Below, one piece after another: positions 35,922 to 44,545 of a DNA stretch of 64,000 nt (position 1 is its first letter; every line of letters begins with the position of its first letter). This stretch comes from Parerythrobacter sp. GTDB taxonomy: Bacteria > Pseudomonadota > Alphaproteobacteria > Sphingomonadales > Sphingomonadaceae. Below the pieces are notes generated by a model. It was not told the DNA's origin, made no database searches, and saw only the letters and a program-made list of their open reading frames with translations. The DNA is taken from NCBI GenBank assembly GCA_028289565.1, contig JANQPE010000110.1, positions 2,841-66,840 on the forward strand. The letters are read 5' to 3'. A program made the position numbers and the translations under genes.

Positions 35922-38492
35922 TTAAAAGCGAAAGCTGGCCTGGATCGAAACCTGCCTGCCTCGATTGAGTGTAACGGTCTGATCGTCACCCGTTGGCGGG
36001 AGGAAGGGGCGTGGACCTGCCGAGGTGACAATCTGTTTATCGGTCAAATTGGTGCCGAATACCGACAATTCCCAAGCGCCATCTTCCGCCCCAATCGAGA
36101 TGCGCGCATCGAGCGTTACGAAGGAATCCTGGACAATGTCCCGGGTAACGGTGTTTTGGCCGGCAAAGTAGGAGTCGCTATATTGGACATTGCCACTCAG
36201 CCCCAATTCGAGATTGTTACCCACCGGAATAAACCAGTCGGCTGCGAAATTCCCTGAGAAGTCGGGTGCACGCGGTGCGGCACGACCATCCAGGTTTGAG
36301 CCATCCAGTCCGATGAAAGTGTCGGTAAACTCAGAGTTGAGGAACGAGAACGCACCTGAAAAGCTTAACCCATCGACCGGGGTAAACCAGGACCAGTCGA
36401 CATCAATACCCTGCGTGGTCAGTTCGCCAGCGTTGAATGTGTTGAACTGAATGGCCACGGCGTCGAACAACTGCACTTGCAAGTTATCGAACACATAGTG
36501 GAATACCGTGGCATTGATCGTGACCGAGCGGTTGGCGAATTGCGATTTGATGCCGATCTCGCCGCCTATGGTCTCCTCGGAGTCAAATATCAGGCTTGCG
36601 GTTGCATCCGCATCAAAAGTGTTGCCTGTCGCCGGATTGATGGCGGTATTCCCGATACCGGCAAGACCGACACCGGGCAGGGCGCTGTTATCGATCCCGC
36701 CCGATTTGAAGCCGGTCTTGAAAGCAGCGAAAATGTTAACGTCGTCGCTCACTTCATAGGTTACTGAAACTTCAGGCGAGAAATTATCATCGCTGAAATT
36801 AATGGGACGGGAGAAGAAACCACTCGAAACAAATTCAGGGTTTCCATCTCCGTCCAAATCCAGGCCGGAGATGATCGGGTTGATGAAAGGGATCGAAATC
36901 GTGTTGGTTTTGGTTTCATCGGTCCAGCGCAGGCCGGCCGTGACATTCAACCTTTCGGTCAAATCGATATCGACACTGCCGAAGACCGAGAAAGCTTCCG
37001 TATCGGTCGCATGCTCACGCTGATAGTCGAAGCCTATGCCACCGCTTGCTGCCGTGCCAAAAGCAAGTGGCACATTGAACGCTTGTTCAGCCGTATTGAA
37101 CTCGATTTCACGAGTTTCGTAAAAAGCGCCTATTTGAAAGTTGACCGGACCGTCGAAATCCGAAGCGATGCGAAGCTCTTGACTGAATTGGCGTGTCTGA
37201 TTGTCGGCCAGATTACTTCCGAGCCCAAGCGCCACACCAGGCCCGTTAACCGCAGCAAGTCCAGGTGCCAATGGAGCAGTGGGATCCAGTGGAACAGCTG
37301 GCCCCACGCCGACGAAGCTAAAGGCATCGCGATCCAACGATGCGAAATCGAGATAGCCTGAGGTCGATGTGAGAGTCAGATAATCAGACAAATCGAGATC
37401 AAACTTCAGGCGGCCAAAATAAATCTCGGTAAGGCCGAAGGCGAGGCCATTATTGTCGAGAAAACGCTGCGCCCCTCTGTTGGTTGGAGGGGCAATGCTG
37501 CCGGTTGTGACCGGATCGGAATCAACCTGAGTGAACAGACTGTCATTGATGTTGCAGTTTGCATTTGAGGGAATGACTGCATTGCCAAAGGCGAAGATCA
37601 CGGGATCTGCCACGCCGTTGGGTCCGCAGTCGATATCGCGTAACTGGTTTGCGCCGTCATTTTCGTGGCGGACGTAGGTGAACTTCAGGTTTGCGTTAAA
37701 CCGGTCATCCGGTTCCCATGCAAGCGTCGCGCGACCAACGAAGTTCTGTTGCCCTCGAGGATTGATTGTCGCCGGAGTGCCTGGCTGGACAAGCTGGAAT
37801 TCATCGACGTCATTGAATTGCGCGGCTAACCGGATGCCCAGCGTGTCGGAAATCGGTCCCGAAATATAGCCGCTGATTGTATAACCCTCTTCTTCGAACT
37901 CGTAGGACGCTTTCCCGCCGACCTCCCAGGTTGGGGTCGGATCGATGGAACGCAATGCGAGCACGCCGGCGGACGAACTTTTACCGAAGAAAAGTGATTG
38001 CGGGCCCTTCAGGACGTCAATCTGCGCCGTGTCGAAAAATCCAGCCTGCACCAGACGTGCGGTGCTTACCTGCACGCCGTCAATGTCAAAGGCGACCGCT
38101 GAATCGAAGGAAGCCGAAATTGCCGAAGATCCGACACCTCGCAGATTGACCGAACCACCAGCACCCGAGCCACCTACCTGAATCGTCAGGGAAGGCACTC
38201 GGCTCTGCACGTCGGCTACCTGGTCAATTTGATAACGATCGAGTGTTTCGCCACCAATCGCGGTCACCGTTACCGGGACTTCCTGCAAGGTCTCTGTTTG
38301 CCGACGAGCCTGAACCAGGATTACTCGATCGCGAAAGCCGTCACTAGCTTCGTCTTCTCCGCCCTCAGCCTCCTGCGCCAGCGCTGTGCCGGGAAATCCC
38401 GCCGTTGCCATGCACACGGCACTGCTCAAGAGTGTGCCTTTGAGCCAGTTCCTGCTTTTTGCTGCAGGAGTTCTAGGATATCCGGTTGTCAT
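35922..38492 (-). CDS. TonB-dependent outer-membrane receptor
   Basis: 856 aa. It has a signal peptide ending ALA/QE, a plug region (QEVPVTVTAIGGETLDRYQI...RVPSL), a long beta-barrel and a C-terminal aromatic end ...SIQASFRF. Confidence 0.92.
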   Translation of the reverse strand: MTTGYPRTPAAKSRNWLKGTLLSSAVCMATAGFPGTALAQEAEGGEDEASDGFRDRVILVQARRQTETLQEVPVTVTAIGGETLDRYQIDQVADVQSRVPSLTIQVGGSGAGGSVNLRGVGSSAISASFDSAVAFDIDGVQVSTARLVQAGFFDTAQIDVLKGPQSLFFGKSSSAGVLALRSIDPTPTWEVGGKASYEFEEEGYTISGYISGPISDTLGIRLAAQFNDVDEFQLVQPGTPATINPRGQQNFVGRATLAWEPDDRFNANLKFTYVRHENDGANQLRDIDCGPNGVADPVIFAFGNAVIPSNANCNINDSLFTQVDSDPVTTGSIAPPTNRGAQRFLDNNGLAFGLTEIYFGRLKFDLDLSDYLTLTSTSGYLDFASLDRDAFSFVGVGPAVPLDPTAPLAPGLAAVNGPGVALGLGSNLADNQTRQFSQELRIASDFDGPVNFQIGAFYETREIEFNTAEQAFNVPLAFGTAASGGIGFDYQREHATDTEAFSVFGSVDIDLTERLNVTAGLRWTDETKTNTISIPFINPIISGLDLDGDGNPEFVSSGFFSRPINFSDDNFSPEVSVTYEVSDDVNIFAAFKTGFKSGGIDNSALPGVGLAGIGNTAINPATGNTFDADATASLIFDSEETIGGEIGIKSQFANRSVTINATVFHYVFDNLQVQLFDAVAIQFNTFNAGELTTQGIDVDWSWFTPVDGLSFSGAFSFLNSEFTDTFIGLDGSNLDGRAAPRAPDFSGNFAADWFIPVGNNLELGLSGNVQYSDSYFAGQNTVTRDIVQDSFVTLDARISIGAEDGAWELSVFGTNLTDKQIVTSAGPRPFLPPTGDDQTVTLNRGRQVSIQASFRF

Positions 38493-38659
38493 GCTTGTTC
38501 TCCCAATATGCCGGGCAAAGATTATGCTCTTTTGTCGTCCCTGACCCTACGGCATAGCGCCACCGGGTATTGTGCAATCCTATGCCGAAGAAGAACGCGA
38601 GACATTTAGCAAAAGCGATAGTGAGACGATATTGCCTCACTCGCACACGTTGAAAATGC

Positions 38660-39952
38660 CTATCTGTCAGTTGCCATTTGTGCCGGGCGCGGATCATTGG
38701 GCCAGATCCAGTCATCGGCAATGACCTGCTTGACCGCGAGCTGCGGGGGGACCCTGTCAAGGCCAATGGCGTGATCGCAATATTGGTGAAAGCTGTAGAT
38801 TCTGGCTTCCTGGTAGCTCAATGGCACGCTCTTGAACCCTTTGCTTTCCATGGATTTCTGGATTGCTTCACCAAATTGCGTGTCTTCCAGGATAATCCGG
38901 CTCATCTGCCGTCCGTCCGGCTGAGTCTCATCGGGGACAGTCCAGAGGTCGGGCGCGGGGCCATCGCCCCAATCGAGCGCCATCGTTATCAATTCCAACC
39001 GTGTTGTGTTGAGCGATGTCGGCCAGAAGATCAGTGGCGGCACAAAATAGTTCGATAATGGTGAAACCCAGTTGGGAAAGAGCGTGTAGCTTTGCGTGCA
39101 GGTACGGCCTAGCTCGCCTACGGTATCGATTTGCCGCCATTCCTGCGGAGAGTCGATGGCGCGGACATGCGCGCGATCCGTCTCCTGCGGCGGAGGGGCC
39201 ATCATTCTGGCATGACCATTGGGATAAAACGTATTGAAATTGCGCTTGCTATCTACAAGCGGAGCAACGGTTTCCGGGTGAATGAAGGGCACATGGTAGA
39301 CTTCCATGTTGGCTTCCATTGCAACTTTCCAGTTGCAGTTGAGATCGAAAGAATATCGCGCTGCCAATTTGATCCGGTCAAAGGCGAACTCCTCCCATTC
39401 CGCTGCGATTGGGCCCAGCCAATCAGTTAAACTGCAGGCCCCATCGTCAAAGTTCACAAAGATAAGATTGCCAAACGTTTCGCAGCGTACCGGGATGAGA
39501 GCCTTGCATGTCAGGTCAAAATCATCCGGAAAATCCCTGCGTTCAGGCAATCCCGCGAGAGATCCATCGGTTTTGTAGGTCCAGTTGTGATAGCCGCAGA
39601 TGAGGCGGCTTGATTTGCCCCGATCCTCGGTGACTACGGGTGCGCCCCTGTGCCTGCAGGTGTTGTAGAAGGCGCGGACCCTGCCATCCATGCCGTGCAC
39701 AATGACGATGGGATCGCCGGCATTGTGCCAGCGCATGAAGCAACCAGGCTCCGGGACTTCGTCGATATGGGCGGCGAATAGCCAGCTTTTTCCAAAAACA
39801 TGCTCGATTTCGAGATCGAACAGCTCGGCATCGGTGTATCGCGCGGCCGGCAGATCGGGTAAATTAGGAAATCCCTCCGGCGGGGACGTGCGCCTTCCTT
39901 CCCACTCCATAAGCGATTTGATCCGGTCGATTTCAGCTTGTTCCATTGCCAT
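38660..39952 (-). CDS. Rieske [2Fe-2S] non-heme-iron oxygenase, alpha subunit
   Basis: 430 aa with CRHRGAPV...CGYHNWTY and the iron motif EVYHVPFIH. Confidence 0.9.
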   Translation of the reverse strand: MAMEQAEIDRIKSLMEWEGRRTSPPEGFPNLPDLPAARYTDAELFDLEIEHVFGKSWLFAAHIDEVPEPGCFMRWHNAGDPIVIVHGMDGRVRAFYNTCRHRGAPVVTEDRGKSSRLICGYHNWTYKTDGSLAGLPERRDFPDDFDLTCKALIPVRCETFGNLIFVNFDDGACSLTDWLGPIAAEWEEFAFDRIKLAARYSFDLNCNWKVAMEANMEVYHVPFIHPETVAPLVDSKRNFNTFYPNGHARMMAPPPQETDRAHVRAIDSPQEWRQIDTVGELGRTCTQSYTLFPNWVSPLSNYFVPPLIFWPTSLNTTRLELITMALDWGDGPAPDLWTVPDETQPDGRQMSRIILEDTQFGEAIQKSMESKGFKSVPLSYQEARIYSFHQYCDHAIGLDRVPPQLAVKQVIADDWIWPNDPRPAQMATDR

Positions 39953-40099
39953 CCGATTCCTTCACACGGAAATCTAGCGTCGGAAGAGAAATAGGCGACT
40001 GGCAATTTTGGCGGAATCTCCCGCCGCCCATCGCTTTCGACAGTAGTTTCAACTACGCGCACGGTTAGGTTGCAGGCGTAGTTGTTAGGGAGTGGAAGC

Positions 40100-40861
40100 A
40101 TGGCGGGACGAGTCAAAGACAAAATCGCCCTGGTTACAGGCGGTGCCATGGGTTTGGGCAAGGCCGATTGTCAGCTTTTGGCAAAAGAAGGGGCGCAGGT
40201 CATTGTGACCGACCGCGAGGTAGAGCTTGCGCACAAGGTAGCTGACGAAATCCAGGGTGATGCCTTTGCCTTGGATGTTACGCAGGAGGATCAATGGAAA
40301 GAGGTATTTGGCGCTATTGAGGAGCGACATGGCGGGCTGGACATATTGGTCAACAATGCCGGTAATGTGATTTTCGAGGATATCCTCGACTGTTCGATAG
40401 AGAATTTTCGGTTGCATATGGCGATTCATGTCGAAGGCACATTCCTGGGTTGCAAATATGCCATCCCCCTCATGGCCATGTCCGGCGGTGGTTCGATCGT
40501 CAACATGTCGTCGACCGCCTCGTTGATGGGATATGGGAACATCCCGGCTTACACGGCAGCGAAGGGTGCGATCCGGTCGATGACCAAATCCATCGCCATG
40601 TTTTGCCAGGATGAGGCCAACAAGGTTCGCTGCAATGTCCTGATGCCGGGGGGGATTGAAACACCTATGGTGCGCGACGTTACCGGCAGGACGGGGCAGG
40701 AATTGATGGAAATCCCCGATGGAATCTTGCCCAAGGACTCGCTTGGCGCCCCATCCGATGTTGCCAATGCGGTTCTTTATCTTGCAAGCGATGAGTCGCG
40801 CTTTTTGACAGGGGTTGAAATTCCGGTGGACAATGGCCTCTTTGCCCGACCCGAACGCTGA
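40100..40861 (+). CDS. Classical SDR
   Basis: TGGAMGLGKA, NNAG, YTAAKGAI and LMPGGIETPM. ATG 40100 lies behind GGAGTGGAAG. Confidence 0.9.
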   Translation: MAGRVKDKIALVTGGAMGLGKADCQLLAKEGAQVIVTDREVELAHKVADEIQGDAFALDVTQEDQWKEVFGAIEERHGGLDILVNNAGNVIFEDILDCSIENFRLHMAIHVEGTFLGCKYAIPLMAMSGGGSIVNMSSTASLMGYGNIPAYTAAKGAIRSMTKSIAMFCQDEANKVRCNVLMPGGIETPMVRDVTGRTGQELMEIPDGILPKDSLGAPSDVANAVLYLASDESRFLTGVEIPVDNGLFARPER

Positions 40862-42140
40862 GGAACCCATAAGGCGAAGCGCATACCGTTGGTATGTGCT
40901 TGCACTATTGACGCTTACAAGCCTGTTCAGCGTGGCAGACAGATTGGTGTTCTCGATCCTGCTGGAAGATATCAAGGCTGAATTTGCTTTTACCGATTTT
41001 GAGCTGGGCCTGCTCGGCGGGCTGGCCTTCACCGCCACCTATGTAATAATCGGGTTTCCGGCCGCGCGTCTTGCCGATCGCTCCATACGCAAGAACATCA
41101 TCGCATCTGCGATAGTTTTTTGGAGCCTGATGACAGCGCTATGCGGTGCTGCGGTTGGGTTTTTCACACTCTTCCTCGCGCGGACCGGCGTGGGAGTGGG
41201 AGAAGGGTGCAGCGGGCCAGCATCGCAGTCAATGCTTGCCGATTATTTCCGGCGGGAAGAGCTTGCGAAAGCCATGGGGTTTCTCACCTGGGGGGCGACA
41301 CTTGGGACCGTAACCGGACTTATGGCCGGGGGCTTGTTGGCAGAGGCGTTGGGCTGGCGGATGGCCTTCGTTCTGATGGCCATTCCGGGTATCATCATCG
41401 GCGTCTTGCTCTATCTCACCGTGCGCGAGCCTCTGCGCGGCCGATACGCCCCGGCAGGCGCGAGCATCGAACAGGCGTCACTAGCGCAAACTGCTTCGTC
41501 ATTGTTGCGCAACCGCGTCTTCATGGGGCTGGCGACCGGTTGGGCGGCCCAGATCATGATTGGTTATGCTCTCGCTTTCTGGATGGCAGCGGTGATGCTG
41601 CGCAACTTCGATGTTTCCACTGGCGATGTTGCAATCTATCTTGGCCTGGCTTTTCTGTTGGGGGGTATTCCCGGACCGGTTATGGGTGGTTTCCTGACCG
41701 ATTGGCTCACCAGGTTCGATGAGCGTTGGCGGGCCTGGTTGCCCGGTGCGGTAAGCCTGCTTTGCGTGGCTCCGTTGGCTTTTAGCCTTTCGTCTTCATC
41801 GCTTTGGACGTTTCTTGGTTTCTTCGCGTTGGCCTATGGCATTTATGTTGCTAGCCAAGCACCTATCCTCTCCGGCATACAAAACGCCGTGGGGCCCGCA
41901 CAACGCGGTTTTGCTGTTGCGATCGCCTTGTTTTTCAACAATTTGATTGGGCAGGCACTCGGACTAGCCGTGATCGGCTGGGTAAGTGACTGGCTCCAAC
42001 CCAGCCAGGGTGCGATCTCGCTTGGCATTGCGGTATTCGCCGTGTGCCTGGTTTCGGGAATAGTCGCGATGGCGATATTCGCCTGGACTGCAGCTCGGAT
42101 GCGTTCGAGCGGTTACCTTTCCAGGATCGGCCGTCAATAA
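40833..42140 (+). CDS. MFS transporter
   Basis: About 12 predicted hydrophobic helices, with MFS loop motifs (GFPAARLADRSIRKN; LARTGVGVGEG). The start is uncertain (TTG 40815 or ATG 40833) and overlaps the end of the SDR gene. Confidence 0.8.
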   Translation: MASLPDPNAEEPIRRSAYRWYVLALLTLTSLFSVADRLVFSILLEDIKAEFAFTDFELGLLGGLAFTATYVIIGFPAARLADRSIRKNIIASAIVFWSLMTALCGAAVGFFTLFLARTGVGVGEGCSGPASQSMLADYFRREELAKAMGFLTWGATLGTVTGLMAGGLLAEALGWRMAFVLMAIPGIIIGVLLYLTVREPLRGRYAPAGASIEQASLAQTASSLLRNRVFMGLATGWAAQIMIGYALAFWMAAVMLRNFDVSTGDVAIYLGLAFLLGGIPGPVMGGFLTDWLTRFDERWRAWLPGAVSLLCVAPLAFSLSSSSLWTFLGFFALAYGIYVASQAPILSGIQNAVGPAQRGFAVAIALFFNNLIGQALGLAVIGWVSDWLQPSQGAISLGIAVFAVCLVSGIVAMAIFAWTAARMRSSGYLSRIGRQ

Positions 42141-42150
42141 GGCTTCGGAT

Positions 42151-42918
42151 CTAAAACCCGGGGTGGATTGACAATGCGCCACCATCAACCAGCAATTCCG
42201 CCCCTGTCATGAAGGGGCATTCGTCCGATGCCAGAAAGGCGATGGCCGCCGCCGTCTCGGCCGGATTGGCGAGCCGGTTCATGGGCGAGGTGGCTGCAAC
42301 CGCTGCCTTCAAACCCGGTGTTATTTCCTCGGCATTGTCAAGAATACCGGTTTCGGTGGCACCCGGGATCACTGTGTTGCAGCGGATGTCAAAGCCTTGT
42401 TGTGCGCACCATGTCGCGACCGATTTGGACAAGACACGCACGCCGCCCTTGCTCGCCGAGTAACCGACATCATTGGGCAACGGAGCGATGGCCGTTGTCG
42501 AAGCTATATTGATGATCGAGCCTTTGGCTCCGCCGGGATTGTTCTTCATAACTGCAATCGCGGCGCGGCATCCCGCCATGGTCCCTGTGAGGTTTATCGC
42601 GATGACCTGGTCCCAAATGTCATCGTCGACATCGCCGATCGATGCTCCAGAAACGATCCCGGCATTGTTGACGAGAATATCGAGGCGCCCAAAACTACTA
42701 ACTGCCTCTCCGACGATACGAGACCAGCATGCCCGGTCAGAGACGTCCTGTTCTGCAAACCTCGCGCCCGTATCCTCACAAAGTTTGGAACCTGCCGCCG
42801 CATCAATATCAGTCCCGAGCACTTCGGCCCCATCTTGTCGCAAGCGTCGCAGCGTCGCCGCGCCAATGCCCGAAGCGCATCCGGTGACGATCGCCGATTT
42901 CCCCGAAAGATCGGGCAT
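42151..42918 (-). CDS. Classical SDR
   Basis: 255 aa with TGCASGIGAA, NNAG, YSASKGGV and IPGATETG. Its start shares 1 nt with the GST stop. Confidence 0.9.
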   Translation of the reverse strand: MPDLSGKSAIVTGCASGIGAATLRRLRQDGAEVLGTDIDAAAGSKLCEDTGARFAEQDVSDRACWSRIVGEAVSSFGRLDILVNNAGIVSGASIGDVDDDIWDQVIAINLTGTMAGCRAAIAVMKNNPGGAKGSIINIASTTAIAPLPNDVGYSASKGGVRVLSKSVATWCAQQGFDIRCNTVIPGATETGILDNAEEITPGLKAAVAATSPMNRLANPAETAAAIAFLASDECPFMTGAELLVDGGALSIHPGF

Positions 42919-43559
42919 TATTCGGCTTGTTGCCAGATGCCAGCACTATCGCGTTGATTGTGGGTTGCGATGAACCGCTCGAGATTGTCAGTGCCTTCGG
43001 GCAGCTTCCAACCGACAGTGAACCCGAAATTCGCAAAGCAGAATATGATCAAGTCGGCGAAGGTGAAACGATCAAGCGCAATATGGTTGCGTTCGCCTAG
43101 TGCCTGATCGAACCAGCGCCATTTCTCGTCCGACATTGCGCTAAGCTCGGCACCTGCCTCTTGACTGACAACTGCCATCCGGGGTTCGAACATGGGGCGA
43201 CCGCCCGTGGCGCGAAAGCCCATGGTCATGGGTACGACCACTTCCTGATCGAACAAGCGTGCCCATTTGCGCACTTCGGCCCGCTCGACAGAAGTGTTTC
43301 CAAACAAGTTTGGCTCCGGATGGTTTTCCTCGATGAACTCGCAAATCGGCCAACTTTCGGTAAGACAAGTGCCATCATCAAGCTCGAAGACAGGCAGCGT
43401 CTGTAGCGGGTTCTTGTCAGTCAGATCGTCATTGCTGCGGTTTTCGCCTGTAACGATGTCGTAATGGACACGCGGCACCTGATCTTCGCCTATGCCCTTT
43501 TCGATCAGGAACATGCGTACCAATCGCGGATTCGGCCCGAGGCTGGAATGGAGTTTCAT
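42918..43559 (-). CDS. Glutathione S-transferase family protein
   Basis: 213 aa. It has a thioredoxin-like N-domain (NPLQTLPVFELDDGTCLTESWPICEFIEE) and a helical C-domain. Confidence 0.78.
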   Translation of the reverse strand: MKLHSSLGPNPRLVRMFLIEKGIGEDQVPRVHYDIVTGENRSNDDLTDKNPLQTLPVFELDDGTCLTESWPICEFIEENHPEPNLFGNTSVERAEVRKWARLFDQEVVVPMTMGFRATGGRPMFEPRMAVVSQEAGAELSAMSDEKWRWFDQALGERNHIALDRFTFADLIIFCFANFGFTVGWKLPEGTDNLERFIATHNQRDSAGIWQQAE

Positions 43560-43608
43560 TGTTCAAGCTTCCTCAAATTATATGGCGCCTTTAGCGTTTG
43601 ATTCTGCG

Positions 43609-44373
43609 TCAAACCGTTCCGGCAATTCTCAAACATTGTCCGGTCACCCATTCGCTGGCCGGTGCGACCAGATAGAGCACGCAAGAGCCAATATCCTGCG
43701 GTGTTCCCAGCCTGCCTACAGGCAGATTAAGCTGTTCGAGCAAGGGGCCAAAATCCTCATCCTTCATTGAAAGGGCTTCTTTCACCGTTTCGGTCGGAAC
43801 GAAGCCGGGAAGCACGGCATTGACGCGGATTTTTTGGGGTCCGAGCTCATGCGCAAGTGTCTTGGTCAGCATGTTTACGCCGGCCTTCGCGGCACTGTAG
43901 TGGCCACTGCCGGGGAAGGGGTCCTGGCTTGCGAGTGACGAAATGTTCACGATCGAACCGCCATCTCTCATGTGCTTGGCGGCCGCTCTCACGCCAAAGA
44001 AAATGGAAGTGAGATTGACTGCAAGCGTCTTGTTCCACTCTTCCAGCGGCAATTCGATAAGCGGGGCCGAGACCAGTGAGCCACCCGCATTGTTGACCCA
44101 GATGTCGAGTCGCCCGAATTCATCAACTGCCCGTTGGGCAAGCGCTTCCATATCGTCCTCGCGCGAAACATCGGTCGCCTGGGCGACCGCCTGACCGCCG
44201 GAATTCGAGCTGTTGATTGCGGCTGCCGTTTGGTCAATCTGATCTGTTGACCGCGCCGCGCAAACCACATTGGCGCCAGCGGAGGCCAATAGAGTGGCGA
44301 TGCCCTCGCCAATGCCTCGGCCGGCCCCAGTGACTACCGCGACTTTTCCCTCGATGTTGAATAGGTCCGTCAT
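43609..44373 (-). CDS. Classical SDR
   Basis: TGAGRGIGEGIA, NNAG, YSAAKAGV and LPGFVPT. The start is ATG 44373 or GTG 44385. Confidence 0.9.
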   Translation of the reverse strand: MTDLFNIEGKVAVVTGAGRGIGEGIATLLASAGANVVCAARSTDQIDQTAAAINSSNSGGQAVAQATDVSREDDMEALAQRAVDEFGRLDIWVNNAGGSLVSAPLIELPLEEWNKTLAVNLTSIFFGVRAAAKHMRDGGSIVNISSLASQDPFPGSGHYSAAKAGVNMLTKTLAHELGPQKIRVNAVLPGFVPTETVKEALSMKDEDFGPLLEQLNLPVGRLGTPQDIGSCVLYLVAPASEWVTGQCLRIAGTV

Positions 44374-44470
44374 AAGATGTCTCACTCTTTACGGTTCGAG
44401 GGCTAAGGCCGGAATGGTCGTTGGTCCACTTCTCAAAATGGTCAGGGGAAGCCGCCAGATGGCGATCTGT

Positions 44471-44491
44471 CCCCCCCCCCCCCCCCCCCCC
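44471..44491 (+). repeat. Perfect homopolymeric tract C21 (G21 on the coding strand of the flanking genes)
   Basis: Read directly: ...ggcgatctgt + 21 x c + gagggttcc.... The tract is intergenic. It lies 55 nt downstream of the flavin-reductase stop (44546) and 80-98 nt upstream of the SDR start (44385/44373). Confidence 0.95.
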
Positions 44492-44545
44492 GAGGGTTCC
44501 AGTGCGATGCTTCTTCTGTGGCGTCACATACACCGCATTTCGTGC

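Noticed and set aside
40085-41038. 317-aa minus-strand ORF
   Set aside because: It is antisense to the SDR and MFS genes, which both have clear family motifs.
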